DNA from: Stegostoma tigrinum
Taxonomy: Eukaryota
DNA length: 64,000 bases
NCBI RefSeq assembly: GCF_030684315.1
Contig: NC_081371.1
Location: forward strand, 24,299,440 to 24,363,439
Reading direction: 5' to 3'
Below are positions 52,161 to 64,000 of the stretch, piece after piece. The notes under the pieces are model-generated. The model was given only the letters and a program-made list of their open reading frames with translations. It was not told where the DNA came from and made no database searches. Numbering within the stretch: the stretch's first letter is position 1; each line of letters starts with the position of its first letter. The translations under genes were made by a program, and so were the position numbers.

Positions 52161-54414
52161 GCCCAGACCTTCCAGAATCAGAGGCCAGATATGCCCTGAA
52201 ACCTTTTTAAAATCCTACTGTATTGATGACAAGGGAATTGTTCAGGAAGTTTTAACTTTCAATGGGCAATTATCCTGCATCCACAACCGTCTGAAAAACT
52301 TCCAACTCTGAGCTAAAGATGGAGACTTCAGAGGTCCTGACCTACTTAATTGATATTAGAGTAGAGCAGCTGAAGATATGGATTTTCAGAGTTAAAAGAG
52401 AGCCCGTTATTGAAAACAAGAAGAAATCAAACAACTACGGTATGCAGCTTTGAATTACTGGCTGAATAAAAAGGTCTGTATATTTGCCTACTGTGTTCAA
52501 AGAATTAAAACCAGTTCTGGCTTCCATGCAGCTATACTATTCACCAGACCCCTCCAATTGCCCACCGACCCCCTCACTAATGCTCTACTCATACCCTCTG
52601 ACTCTCTGCATACCCTCTGCATCCCTCCCAATTACTCTCCTGATACTGTCTCTGAATTCAATTGTCTGTTCTGTTCAACTACCCTGAAGCACTCACTCTG
52701 ACATTACTGAAAACCCCAACTCATGTATGCTGAGGCTTACTAATTACTGCTGTACTTATTTCATAGTTTTGCCACTGAGCATGGAAAACAAAATCCAATA
52801 CTGTCTCCTTTATCTTCCACAACAGCAGGAAATTACAGTTGCAAACTCAACCCGCTTGATCCTGCAAAGTTCTCCTTACTAACATCTAGGACTGGTTTCA
52901 ACATTGGGAAAGCTATCTCACAGACTGTTCAAGCAACAGTCAGGCATTGTCATAATCATGGTATCATACCTTACAGTCAATGCCTAAACATCAAGAATAA
53001 CACCACCATCCTTGGGTAGATCCTGCCTCAATGCCTGGATAGAACCACAGTGTTTTAAATTTAGGAAGGAGTTCAGAGTTTTCAAATTGTCTTTATACCC
53101 CAAGACGTTTCATTGCATCAGGTCAACCATGGTCAAGAAAGCCATCTGCTGATTACCATGTGCTGATCTTACTCTGTTGATGAATCAGTACTCCTCCATG
53201 TGGAACACTGCTTGGAGGAAGCTCTGAGGATGCAAGGGTGCAAAATGTACTATCGGTGGAGTACTTCAACATCTATCACCAAGAGTGGATCAACTGCAGA
53301 ACTACTGGTTGTATCTGTGAGACTGGGTCTGCAGCAGGTGGTGAGGGAACCAACAAGAGGGAAAAATATACTTGACCTCAATCTTACCAATCTGCTGGCT
53401 GCAGATGCATCTGTTTGTGACAGTATTGGTAAGAGTGACCATTGCACAGTCCTTGAGGAGTCATAGTATCAATCATGGTTTAGTGGAGAGTGCAGGAGGT
53501 CTTGCCAGAAGCAGAAGAACGAGGGCTATGTAAAAATGAGATGTCAAGCTTGTGAAGTTACCAAACACAATTACTTGCATGCCAAACAACCAAAGCAGAA
53601 AACTGTAGACAGAGCTATGCGATCCCACTGCCAAAGGATCGGATCTGAATTCTACAGGCCGTTACATCCAGTCATAAACGGCTGTGCACATCAACAACTG
53701 ACTGGTAGGTGGGAGGAGGGTGTGGTTTGCGGTAGCAGGACAGGCTCCACAAATGTCCCCATCCTCAATGATGAGGGAGGCATCAAGGCTGCATTTGACT
53801 GCCTTTGACTAAAAGGAACAAAAAGCAGAAACTACTGGGAATATTCAGGAAGGTCTGGTAGCATCTGTGCAGACAGAAAAAAAGCAAGTTAATTTTTTGA
53901 GTCCAAGGGTCACTGGACTTGTAGCATTAGCTCTGTTTTTCTCTCCACAGATACTACCATACTTGCTGACTTTCTCCAGCACTTGCTATTTTTTGTTTCA
54001 GATCTCCAGTAAACATAGTTTGTTTTACATTAGCATTTGGAGCCCTAGCAAAACTGGAGTTAATGGGAATTGGGTGAGGAGAGATGCTCTTCATTAGTTG
54101 GGATTATAGCTGACACAAAGGAAGATGGTTGTTGTTGGAGGTCAGTCATCTGAACTCTAGGATATTTTTGCAGGAGTTCCACAGACAGTGTCATCTGTAG
54201 TAGTGTCCTAGCCTCAACCATGTTCAACATCTTCATCAATGACTTTCCTTTTCTCATAAGGTCTGAAGTGCGGCAGAAAGCACATGTATCCAAATGCAGC
54301 AAACTGGATAATATCCAGGGATAATGGGAACTGCAGATGCTGGAGATTCCAAGATAATAAAATGTGAGGCTGGATGAACACAGCAGGCCAAGCAGCATCT
54401 CAGGAGCACAAAAG

Positions 54415-54446
54415 CTGACGTTTCGGGCCTAGACCCTTCATCAGAG
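54415..54446 (-). ncRNA. Minimal type I hammerhead ribozyme motif (left arm)
   Basis: Reverse complement reads ct-CUGAUGA-a-gggucuaggccc-GAAA-cgUC-ag. Confidence 0.75.
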
Positions 54447-56340
54447 AGAGGATGGGGGGAGGGAACTGGAATAAATAGGGAGAGAGGGGGAGGCGGACCG
54501 AAGATGGAGAGTAAAGAAGATAGGTGGAGAAGGTGTGGGTGGGGAGGTAGGGAGGGGATAGGTCAGTCCAGGGAAGACGGACAGGTCAAGGAGGTGGGAT
54601 GAGGTTAGTAGGTAGCTGGGGGTGCGGCTTGGGGTGGGAGGAAGGGATGGGTGAGAGGAAGAACCGGTTAGGGAGGCAGAGACAGGTTGGACTGGTTTTG
54701 GGATGCAGTGGGTGGGGGGGAAGAGCTGGGCTGGTTGTGTGGTGCAGTGGGGGGAGGGGATGAACTGGGCTGGTTTAGGGATGCAGTGGGGGAAGGGGAG
54801 ATTTTGAAACTGGTGAAGTCCACATTGATACCATATGGCTGCAGGGTTCCCAGGCGGAATATGAGTTGCTGTTCCTGCAACCTTCGGGTGGCATCATTGT
54901 GGCAGTGCAGGAGGCCCATGATGGACATGTCATCAAGAGAATGGGAGGGGGAGTGGAAATGGTTTGCGACTGGGAGGTGCAGTTGTTTGTTGCGAACTGA
55001 GCGGAGGTGTTCTGCAAAGCGGTCCCCAAGCCTCTGCTTGGTTTCCCCAATGTAGAGAAAGCCGCACCGGGTACAGTGGATGCAGTATACCACATTGGCA
55101 GATGTGCAGGTGAACCTCTGCTTAATGTGGAATGTCATCTTGGGGCCTGGGATGGGGGTGAGGGAGGAGGTGTGGGGACAAGTGTAGCATTTCCTGCGGT
55201 TGCAGGGGAAGGTGCCGGGTGTGGTGGGGTTGGAGGGCAGTGTGGAGCGAACAAGGGAGTCACGGAGAGAGTGGTCTCTCCGGAAAGCAGACAGGGGTGG
55301 GGATGGAAAAATGTCTTGGGTGGTGGGGTCGGATTGTAAATGGCGGAAGTGTCGGAGGATAATGCGTTGTATCCGGAGGTTGGTAGGGTGGACACCACCC
55401 TACCAACCTCCGGATACAACGCATTATCCTCCGACACTTCCGCCATTTACAATCCGACCCCACCACCCAAGACATTTTTCCATTCCCACCCCTGTCTGCT
55501 TTCCGGAGAGACCACTCTCTCCGTGACTCCCTTGTTCGCTCCACACTGCCCTCCAACCCCACCACACCCGGCACCTTCCCCTGCAACCGCAGGAAATGAT
55601 ACACTTGTCCCCACACCTCCTCCCTCACCCCCATCCCAGGCCCCAAGATGACATTCCACATTAAGCAGAGGTTCACCTGCACATCTGCCAATGTGGTATA
55701 CTGCATCCACTGTACCCGGTGCGGCTTTCTCTACATTGGGGAAACCAAGCGGAGGCTTGGGGACCGCTTTGCAGAACACCTCCGCTCAGTTCGCAACAAA
55801 CAACTGCACCTCCCAGTCGCAAACCATTTCCACTCCCCCTCCCATTCTCTTGATGACATGTCCATCATGGGCCTCCTGCACTGCCACAATGATGCCACCC
55901 GAAGGTTGCAGGAACAGCAACTCATATTCCGCCTGGGAACCCTGCAGCCATATGGTATCAATGTGGACTTCACCAGTTTCAAAATCTCCCCTTCCCCCAC
56001 TGCATCCCTAAACCAGCCCAGTTCATCCCCTCCCCCCACTGCACCACACAACCAGCCCAGCTCTTCCCCCCCACCCACTGCATCCCAAAACCAGTCCAAC
56101 CTGTCTCTGCCTCCCTAACCGGTTCTTCCTCTCACCCATCCCTTCCTCCCACCCCAAGCCGCACCCCCAGCTACCTACTAACCTCATCCCACCTCCTTGA
56201 CCTGTCCGTCTTCCCTGGACTGACCTATCCCCTCCCTACCTCCCCACCCACACCTTCTCCACCTATCTTCTTTACTCTCCATCTTCGGTCCGCCTCCCCC
56301 TCTCTCCCTATTTATTCCAGTTCCCTCCCCCCATCCCCCT

Positions 56341-56372
56341 CTCTGATGAAGGGTCTAGGCCCGAAACGTCAG
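56341..56372 (+). ncRNA. Minimal type I hammerhead ribozyme motif (right arm)
   Basis: CUGAUGA 56343-56349, stem II gggtctaggccc, GAAA 56363-56366, self-complementary ACGU in place of stem III, GUC triplet ending at 56370. Confidence 0.75.
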
Positions 56373-56513
56373 CTTTTGTGCTCCTGAGATGCTGCTTGGC
56401 CTGCTGTGTTCATCCAGCCTCACATTTTATTATCTTGGATAATATCCAGGCTTGGGCTGACAAGTGGCAGGTAATATTTGGGCCATACAAGTACTGGGCA
56501 GTGATAATCTCCT

Positions 56514-56805
56514 GAGAAACTGAGGTTGTCGACTTGCTCACTGACCTGGCTTGTTTTTGTTCAGATATTTCGTCACCATGCTAGGTGACATCATCAGTGG
56601 AGCCTCCGATGAACCGATGTTATTCTACTCCACTTGGAATTTATACTGTCCGGTCCGTTATGGTGGGTACAATTATTTCCAGTTTTGAACTGTATGGGTT
56701 TATATACAGGGTTCAATTCTATACATTTGTTGATTAAGTATGGGTGCAGAACCATACCTCTAGGCATTCCTATGTGTGTCTATGTTTGGCTTGGGCTACT
56801 GTGGC
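56514..56805 (-). mobile_element. 3' fragment of a second PLE family (Poseidon-like) with its own hammerhead
   Basis: Minus-strand remnant QAKHRHT*ECLEVWF..INKCIELNPVYKP (cf. REFLEAW..INR..ELDPIY); hammerhead motif at 56561-56600. Confidence 0.7.
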
Positions 56806-59100
56806 TCTTAATACTTTAAAGGTAGAATCTAACAATCTCCCCTTAATAATCATTGTCATTGCTATTGCTGAATTTCCCTTCTATCAACCTCCTGAGGTTA
56901 CCACTGACCAAAAACTGGACTAGCCATACAAATCCTTTGGTTATAACAGCATGTCAGAGGCTAGGAAGCCTGGAATCAGTAATTCACCTCCTGAGTTTCC
57001 AAAGCCTGACAACCATCTACAAGGCAGAAGTCAAGAGTGTGATGGAATAGTCCCTACTTGCCTGAATAAGTGCAGCTCAAAAAACAGTCAGAAAGCTTGA
57101 TACCATCCAGGACAAAGCAGTCAGCTCCTACCTCCATTCTTACCACTTCCATCACCAGGGATGTACAGTAGCTGGAAGACATACTATCTATAAGATGCAC
57201 TGCAAAAATTCACCAAGGTTCCTTTGCTAACACCTTCCAAACCCATGATCTCTACCATCTAGAAGGATAAGGACAGCAGATACATGGGAACAGCACAACC
57301 TATGAGTTCCCGTCCACGCCGCTCACCATTCTGACTTGGAAATATATTGTTCGTCCTTCAGCGCCAGTTCAAAATCCTGAACTCCCTCTCCAATAACATT
57401 GTGGGTCTATCTACAGCAAGTGGGCTGCAGTGGTTCAAGACGACAGCTCACCACTATCGTCTTAAGGGCAATTAGGGACTTGTGGTACTTACAGTAAAGT
57501 CTACATTCTCAAATAAACATCAAAAGTGATTATGGCAAGTCAGCCAACACACTAAAGGACATTGCATTCCTCCATACAGTCATACACACTTCTTCTATGC
57601 AATGAGTGTCAGCCATGGTTTATTTGATAAAACTCTTACCTCTCAGCAACAGGGCATTAGGTTCAGGCCCTTTTTGATTGCAAAACTCACAGGAGATACT
57701 CTATCATAGCATTGAGAGGGCATTGCACTGTTGGAAGATTCTTCAGGTGGATATAACAAATCCCATGGCAACATGATCCAGACTATCAGGGGAGTTATCC
57801 CAAGTATTCTCACCAATGTTTATTTCTTAATCAACATCACAGTAAGAATATCATCTGGTCATTACTATCACTGTCATTTTGGCTGTTTGCTGTGTGTAAA
57901 TTGTCTGCTGTGTTTCCTACATTGCAGCAATGAATTGCAGATCAAAAATATTTCATTTTCTATAAGGTGTTTGGGGTGTCAGGTTGTGGTTAAAGTCGCT
58001 ATATGAACACAAGACCTGCTTTCATCATAACATCAACAGTAAAGATATTAATTTTTGTTAACTGTCTGAAAATATCATAAATCAACGTGGTTATTTATGT
58101 TGAGGAATTACCACTGTGCAAGTAAAAATACCTACAGATGCTGTACCTTTAAAATAATTTTATCTGCTTGCTGAATGAAGCAATCACCCCTATGCTTCCA
58201 CCACACGCATGAGATTAGAGATCGACCAGCACTAGATCATATCTTCAACTTCCTGCACACATTTTATGCTAACTGACAGAGTGAGCTCATTAACTGAACG
58301 CTGGGAGATTTGACAGAGCATTAGGAGTATCTTGTATTCTACCTGAAATGAAGTTGGCTTGTTCTCAGCCTAATTCAGAGTTGATGTGAAACTGCAGCAC
58401 AAATTTGAAACAAAGGGACTAGAGTTTGACCAGATTAAGTCAAGTTCTGTTAGTGTGGTACACAAAGGATAGAAAATGCTGTCACTCTCAGACCTCCAGT
58501 TCTTTAAAATGATAATTAATATTAATAATTTTAAAATTATAGTTTCCATTCTGTACCAAGTTTATGGTGAAGTATGTAACACCAAAGTGGCATGTTGTTG
58601 TAAAATGCCATTTTTCACTTTTTCATTGAGGAGTAATAATGAGACTGCATGAGCTGGATTAGGATAAAACCTCCTCCATTATTAAGCACCGTCCCTGCAA
58701 TTACAGCAAAGCCGAGGGCCACTGCACAAAACTACGGTGAAAGAATTTCTAGGAAGAGGAGCATTCAGGCCAAACAGCATTGCTGTGTGATTAATGGCAG
58801 TTTCTTTCAGAAATCACCTACAATTCTTCCATATAAGTATTTAAATTTTCAGGGGAGTGGGGAAATTGACAAGAAAAATATAATATGACTAAAATGAACC
58901 TGTGTTCAGTTTCATAATAAATATTTCCCACATTTGGAAACAAACGAATTTGCAATTTTTTGCAGATAATATACCTTTTAGAGTGTCATATCTTGATGCT
59001 GTTGTTTTTGATGATGCTTGATTCTCTCAAGTTTCAATTAATGCAAATGCTTTACATGCCTCAATTGTCTGTTTAGCAGCTGAACTTTAAAGGATAGCAC

Positions 59101-61950
59101 CTGCTTCGGGTAATCAACATGAAACACTTCCTTATACAATAAACTGTAGTTATGATTTCACCAGATCCTTTGATCGTACAAGAAGAACTGTTCATAGGGA
59201 CAGAGTTAATAGTTATTATCTGGACATCCCATTTAAGGGACTGAATGGATTGTAATTAGAAATGAGCTACAGCCTGAACGCTGGACCTCAACTTGGACTG
59301 GGCCTTTGAATAATAACTTCCTGCCAAGAAAGTTGCACAAGACTTTCATCTGAAGCAAGAAGATGCAGAAAGGGTTCCTTCAAATTGCACTCCTGATGAA
59401 CATTACCAAACTACAATCACCTCTACTTGTTCTTCTTCTTCTGCCCTGCTCTTAGGGGGCAGGGGACATGGTTAATAAGTTGCGAATGACACGAAAATAG
59501 TGGTATAGTTAATAATGTAGGTCATCTAAGATTACAACAAGATATTGATCAATTGGACTAATGATTTGAGGAGTGGAAGATGTAGTTTAATTTGGATAAA
59601 TGAAAAGAATTGCATTTCAGTAAAACAAACAAGGGCAGGGCTTACAAATTAATGGCAGGGCCCTGGGTGCTTGAACAGAGAGACCCCTGGTTGAACAGGG
59701 TTCGGGTACTTAGTTCCTTCAAAGTTGTGTAACATGTAGGCAGGGTGGTTAAGAAGGCATTTAGCATGTTTGCCTTCATTGCTGATACCATTAAGTACAG
59801 GTGTTAGGACATCATGTTGAGGTTGCACATGACATTGGTGTGGCCACTTTTGGAATACTATGTACAGTTCTGGTCACCCTGCTATAGGAAGGACATTATT
59901 AAATTGGAGACGATTCCAAAAAGATTCCCCAGGATATTGCCGGGACTGGAGGGTTTGAATTATAAGGCGAGGCTCGACAGGCTGGGACATTTTTCACTGG
60001 AGTTTAGGAGGTTGAGGGTGACCTTATAGAGGCTTATAAAATCATGAGGGGCATAGATAAGGTAAATAGCAAAGGTCTTTTCCCTAGGCTGGGGTGAGTC
60101 CAAAACTAGAGCGCATGTTTTAAGGTCAGTGGAGAAAGATTTAAAAGGGACCTGATGGGCAACTGCTTCACACAGAGCTGGCACAGCCTCTGAGGGTGGA
60201 AGGGCTTCATCCTCAGAGGTGGAAGTGGAGACGATGTCACGAGCAATTTTGGAAAGTGCCCCACTACTCCCAGAGTGGTCACAAAAATTAATGATTTGAT
60301 CAAAGTCGTACATTGACTTGCCTGATGGACTCAGGTTAACAGGACAGGATTCTATACTGAATAAGAATGACTATTTATTACAAATTAATCAGTTCCAAAC
60401 ATAGGAATGCAAAATATGAATTATCAACATATAATTGAAACCCTAAACCCCTACAACACACACAGACGCACACACAAACAAACACACACAGACACAAAAG
60501 CAAACAAACACAGTTGTTATGGGTGGAGGAAAAAGTGCTGGGGCACCACAGTTCAAAATCACTGGCGCGCAGAATCTGAAGGGGTGACCTTCTTGCTTCC
60601 CAAAACTTCCTGTTCTCAACTCTTCTTATTTCCACATTCTTTCAAAACTTTACAGAATACACAGGGTTATTTGCATATTAATTGTAAAGTCTTTCAGTTA
60701 TTGATTAGGACAACAGCTTACAACAACTATCATTACCTCCTGAGATTTGGTTATTTTACTGTAGAAGGAGAGACAGAGAGACAATATATTTTTGCAGTCT
60801 GGAGGCTTCTCCTCCTTTATTGTAAGCACACAAGATATTCACCTGCCCAGGACCCCATCAGAGAGTTGTTGTCATGATGTCCATAACAGATCCCAATTGT
60901 ACAAAACAATCAGCAATCTGTCATTGAGTGAAATTCACTCTATACACATACACAGTTTGTATGTGTTGTGGCATCTTAGATATTTTCCCTCAACCACTTA
61001 AGTAAATCAACCATGTAAACACAACTCACAATGAGTTCCAGTAAACTGTTTGTGTAGGTGCAGCAACTCCGTCTTCAGTCCTTGGTTTATAGCCATGACC
61101 TTTAGGCCTACAGTCCAAAATAAAGAAAAATTTAAAAATGCAGTATTTTCACTAAGGATCTATGACATTTGTCTTTCCGGGGGGGAGGTGCAAGGTGCTG
61201 CTGGTACGTACATAAAGAAGACAGGCAATTAATTACGTAAGGAGAGTAATAGCTTGCGCTTGTCGAAAATGAATTAGCAGTGGTGGTGATGGGAGACCAG
61301 CACAAGACAACACAATGAAGCTTACTGGTGAGAAACATTTGTGAAAACAAGGCACAGTGGCAAAATGACAGTGACCAGTGGTTTTGTAAATGTGAAGTAG
61401 TAGGGAGAAGATGATTGCACTTACACTTTTGATGCGTGGAAGATCTTCTTCCTGTACTGCAGTGCATTGCGTTTCACCCAGGATGGGCCTGGTCGTGTGG
61501 CTTCCTATGCCATTCAGCAGGATGTAGCACTGCCCTCCTCTACGTCTCTCTATCTGCCAACACATACAGGTCTCTCTTTGCAACCTGAGGAGTTAACCTC
61601 CCAACTCCTCCCTCTCCAGGCTGTTTTCCTTGGATCTAACAGTGCAGAGCCATACTGTGAAAGATAGTTACTCGCTTGCAGAGTCTGAAGTATTTTGGAG
61701 CTGGAATTTAAATATGGTGCCAGTGAATGGAATCCCTGACAATCCTGGCAGTGATGAGCATGTCCACCATCCCTGCTGCCTGACTGCAAGAGAGAGGCTC
61801 CATAGAGGCCGATACATAGTTGATGAGGTGAGGAGTGGAAGAGTACATAAGAAAAGCTGTCCTGAGACATAGCAGACTGGACACTGCAGACCTCACGCAA
61901 ACAAACACTTTGCCCAAAAATGGGAACATTTTGCCAGTTGCTGTATTAAC
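59101..61950 (-). pseudogene. Cluster of decayed exon-like segments of an unidentified gene
   Basis: AG/GT-bounded blocks 61950-61425, 61107-61030 (78 nt), 60917-60843 (75 nt) and 60356-59101 (split by a CR1); the last three join in phase 2, with one in-frame TGA before the CR1. Confidence 0.4.
59466..60177 (+). mobile_element. CR1 3' fragment
   Basis: LVWPLLEYYVQFWSPCYRKDIIKLE motif; truncated after FTQ. Confidence 0.9.
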
Positions 61951-62834
61951 CTGGAAATCATACTGTGTAAAGCTGCTGGATAAGTTCCATGTCTGATGTC
62001 AACACCTGATGAGCTAAAGCAGGTAACAACTAGATGCTCTGTCTGCAGCCCATATCATTTGGCCTCCAGAGGCCATCAACCTTTTAGGTGCCATCTCCAG
62101 CTGAGTCAGGATGTGAGCAACTTGGGTGCTCTGCCAGACACTCACCTCAGCATGTTCGAGTACCACAACCACAGGGATTGCAGCAGTTTTAAGTCAAAGC
62201 CCACCAGTTATTAGAGATGGATAAAACCTGCAGGCTTATGAGCATCATTGCCATCATGAAAATAAATATATTTTCTCCAATACCAAGCAGCTTAACTCTA
62301 CCTCTGCACTGTTGCCTGCCTCCATACTCTCTCTTCCCTTCTCACGATGAAACCATGATCTACACTTTCATAATCTCACAGCTTGACTTGCTGTAAGGCA
62401 TTCCTGGCCAGTCTCCCACCCTGCACCCTTTGAAAGTGTTCAATACGTTTGAACTTTTAGCTACCTGTATTCTATTTTGCACAGCCTTGCACACCAATCT
62501 CCCATCTCTAGCAAGCTAACAGTCACTTTATCTTTTCATCTCTACCACCACCAATTCTCCTCATAATATCAGTCATGGCTTTCAGGACCAGTTTCTAATA
62601 AAGTGCAGTAAGTCCTAACAGCAATTCTCCCAGACACCTCAAAGTATAAGCTGTGCATTACTAGATTTGACTTTACTATTAAGGTAGATATCTACCTTTT
62701 GATTTCCTACTCAGATTAACCCACTGATGCTTTCCAGCCTCTTTTTACTAAGGAACAGGTTTGGTTCCATTTGTCAGCCTTTCAGAGCTGTGAATAACCA
62801 GGAATTATTCTCCTTATAAAATGTAAGAAGGGAT

Positions 62835-63327
62835 CCCTTGCGAAGGGATATACTAGCACTAGAAGGGGGTACAGAGGAGATTCACTCAGTTGATTGCAGA
62901 GTTGAGAGGGTTGGATTATGAGGACAGACTGAGTAGAATGGGATTATACTCATTGGAATTCAGAAGAATGAGGGGAGATCTTATGGAAACATATAAGATT
63001 ATAAAGGGAGTAGATAACGTGGAGGCAGGGAGGTTGTTTCTGCTAGCAGCTGAAACTAAGCCTCAAAATGAAGGGAAGCAGATGTAGGACTGAGGTCAGG
63101 AGGAACTTCTTCACCCAAAGGGTTGTGAATCTGTGGAATTCCCTGCCCAGTGAAGCGGATGGAGCTACCTCGCTGAATGTGTTTAAGGCAAGGCTAGATA
63201 AATTTTTGAAAAGTAAAAGAGCTAAGTGGAGCTGAGTCTCCAAGATTAGCTATGATCTTATTGAATGGCAGGGCAGGCGCGAGGGGCCAGATGGCTTATT
63301 CCTGCTCCTAGTTCTTATGTTCTTATG
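62835..63327 (+). mobile_element. CR1 3' end with terminal repeats
   Basis: GLYSLEFRRMRGDLMETYK; ends ttcttatg ttcttatg. Confidence 0.92.
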
Positions 63328-64000
63328 TAATAGGTTCAATTGTTTGACATGACCCTCAGTTACAGCTTCCAGCAGAATTCCTAAAGTGTAACCAGTCTAC
63401 CACTTCTTGGTGTTTCCTCAAAATCCTTGGCTGAGAGTTTTTACAATTTATGTGATTATTTGTACAGCCACAACTTGTGCTTCGTGCTTTTTAATCAGGC
63501 TTGTAATCTTGATTACTAGATTACAAGAGGCACACATCTTTGAATATCAGTGAGAGAGCTGGAAACATTAAGCAGCTTACATCAAAGTACTTTCTTTAAA
63601 CCTGTAAGAGGCTTTGATTACAACGCCAGACTTTATTTTGAAATGTTACTAAAACCTTCAGAAGAAGTCAAAACACAGGAAAGAGACTGAACTCCAGAAG
63701 GGGGCAGGGCTGCATTCCTACATTAATTTTTGGGAAACCTTTGGGAAAGATTATTTGCACCAAAGCTGCACACAAATGTAGCAGTCAGAATAAATATGAA
63801 TGGATAATTCAATAGAATCAAAAGTTGTCTGCAATTAGTATGAAACAAAGCGTAATGGTGGCCATGCAAAACATCAGATATACCATTGAGATCATGGTAT
63901 TCATTGCAAGATAGGAGACAAAATAATAGTTACAACAATTTAAGAAGCTATGTTGGGCAAGTAACAGATTCTCAGATATCAAGTATGCCATTACTGTTGC

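Larger units (their letters stand above)
54320..56439. mobile_element. Palindromic (inverted-duplicated) Penelope-like retroelement, probably Neptune-type, 5'-truncated
   Basis: Arms 54348-55391 and 55395-56439 are reverse complements around loop ACA; each encodes a Cys-rich linker and GIY-YIG endonuclease (NVVYCIHCTRCGFLYIGET..RFAEH); TSD tggataatatccagg at 54305-54319 and 56436-56450. Confidence 0.97.
52840..57480 (+). mobile_element. Old LINE (endonuclease, RT, 3' UTR) interrupted by several PLE insertions
   Basis: QVVREPTRGKNILDLNLTN..IGKSDH (APE); FNIFINDFP; the reading LDNIQ|AWADKWQVIF resumes across the 54.3-56.4 kb insertion; TIYKAEVKSVME. Confidence 0.85.

Noticed and set aside
54668-56118. 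GIY-YIG ORFs as host or bacterial nuclease genes; extra mirrored ORFs
   Set aside because: They are the endonuclease end of a PLE; the other ORFs are alternate-frame or antisense shadows duplicated by the palindrome.
54320-56439. Palindrome as a sequencing foldback artefact
   Set aside because: Flanks are unique and colinear, a TSD is present, the arms differ at a few sites and the tail asymmetry matches smaller copies; read-level confirmation is still advisable.
60872-60874. In-frame TGA as selenocysteine
   Set aside because: Neighbouring blocks contain other stops and a LINE insertion, and no SECIS was identified; a nonsense mutation is simpler.

Overview
Eukaryotic, AT-rich, repeat-dense vertebrate DNA, very probably a shark or other elasmobranch (HE1/V-SINE-type SINE head, abundant CR1 LINEs and Penelope-like elements). 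Two intact protein genes are recognisable. PRDM4 lies on the minus strand: 10 core coding exons traced by hand with consistent GT-AG phases, 40390 to 16424, about 782 aa, with a CpG promoter at about 42.1-42.3 kb. A single-coding-exon achaete-scute bHLH gene lies on the plus strand (47157-47717), called ASCL4 mainly from its adjacency to PRDM4. The rest is mostly LINE, PLE, SINE and hAT debris. Most notable observations: (1) a young ~2.1-kb near-perfect palindromic Penelope-like insertion (3-nt loop, 15-bp TSD) with a GIY-YIG ORF and a minimal hammerhead ribozyme in each arm, plus miniature hairpin relatives and a second, different PLE hammerhead; (2) a candidate 19-nt PRDM4 microexon that would switch an upstream ORF into a 26-aa in-frame N-terminal extension; (3) a 37-bp two-variant minisatellite abutting a PRDM4 splice acceptor; (4) several decayed exon-like segments (kinase-like, RVxF/ankyrin-like, two unidentified) and an orphan CpG promoter. 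All calls are from reading the sequence by eye. No searches were run, repeat boundaries are approximate, and I cannot establish that any system here is previously undescribed.
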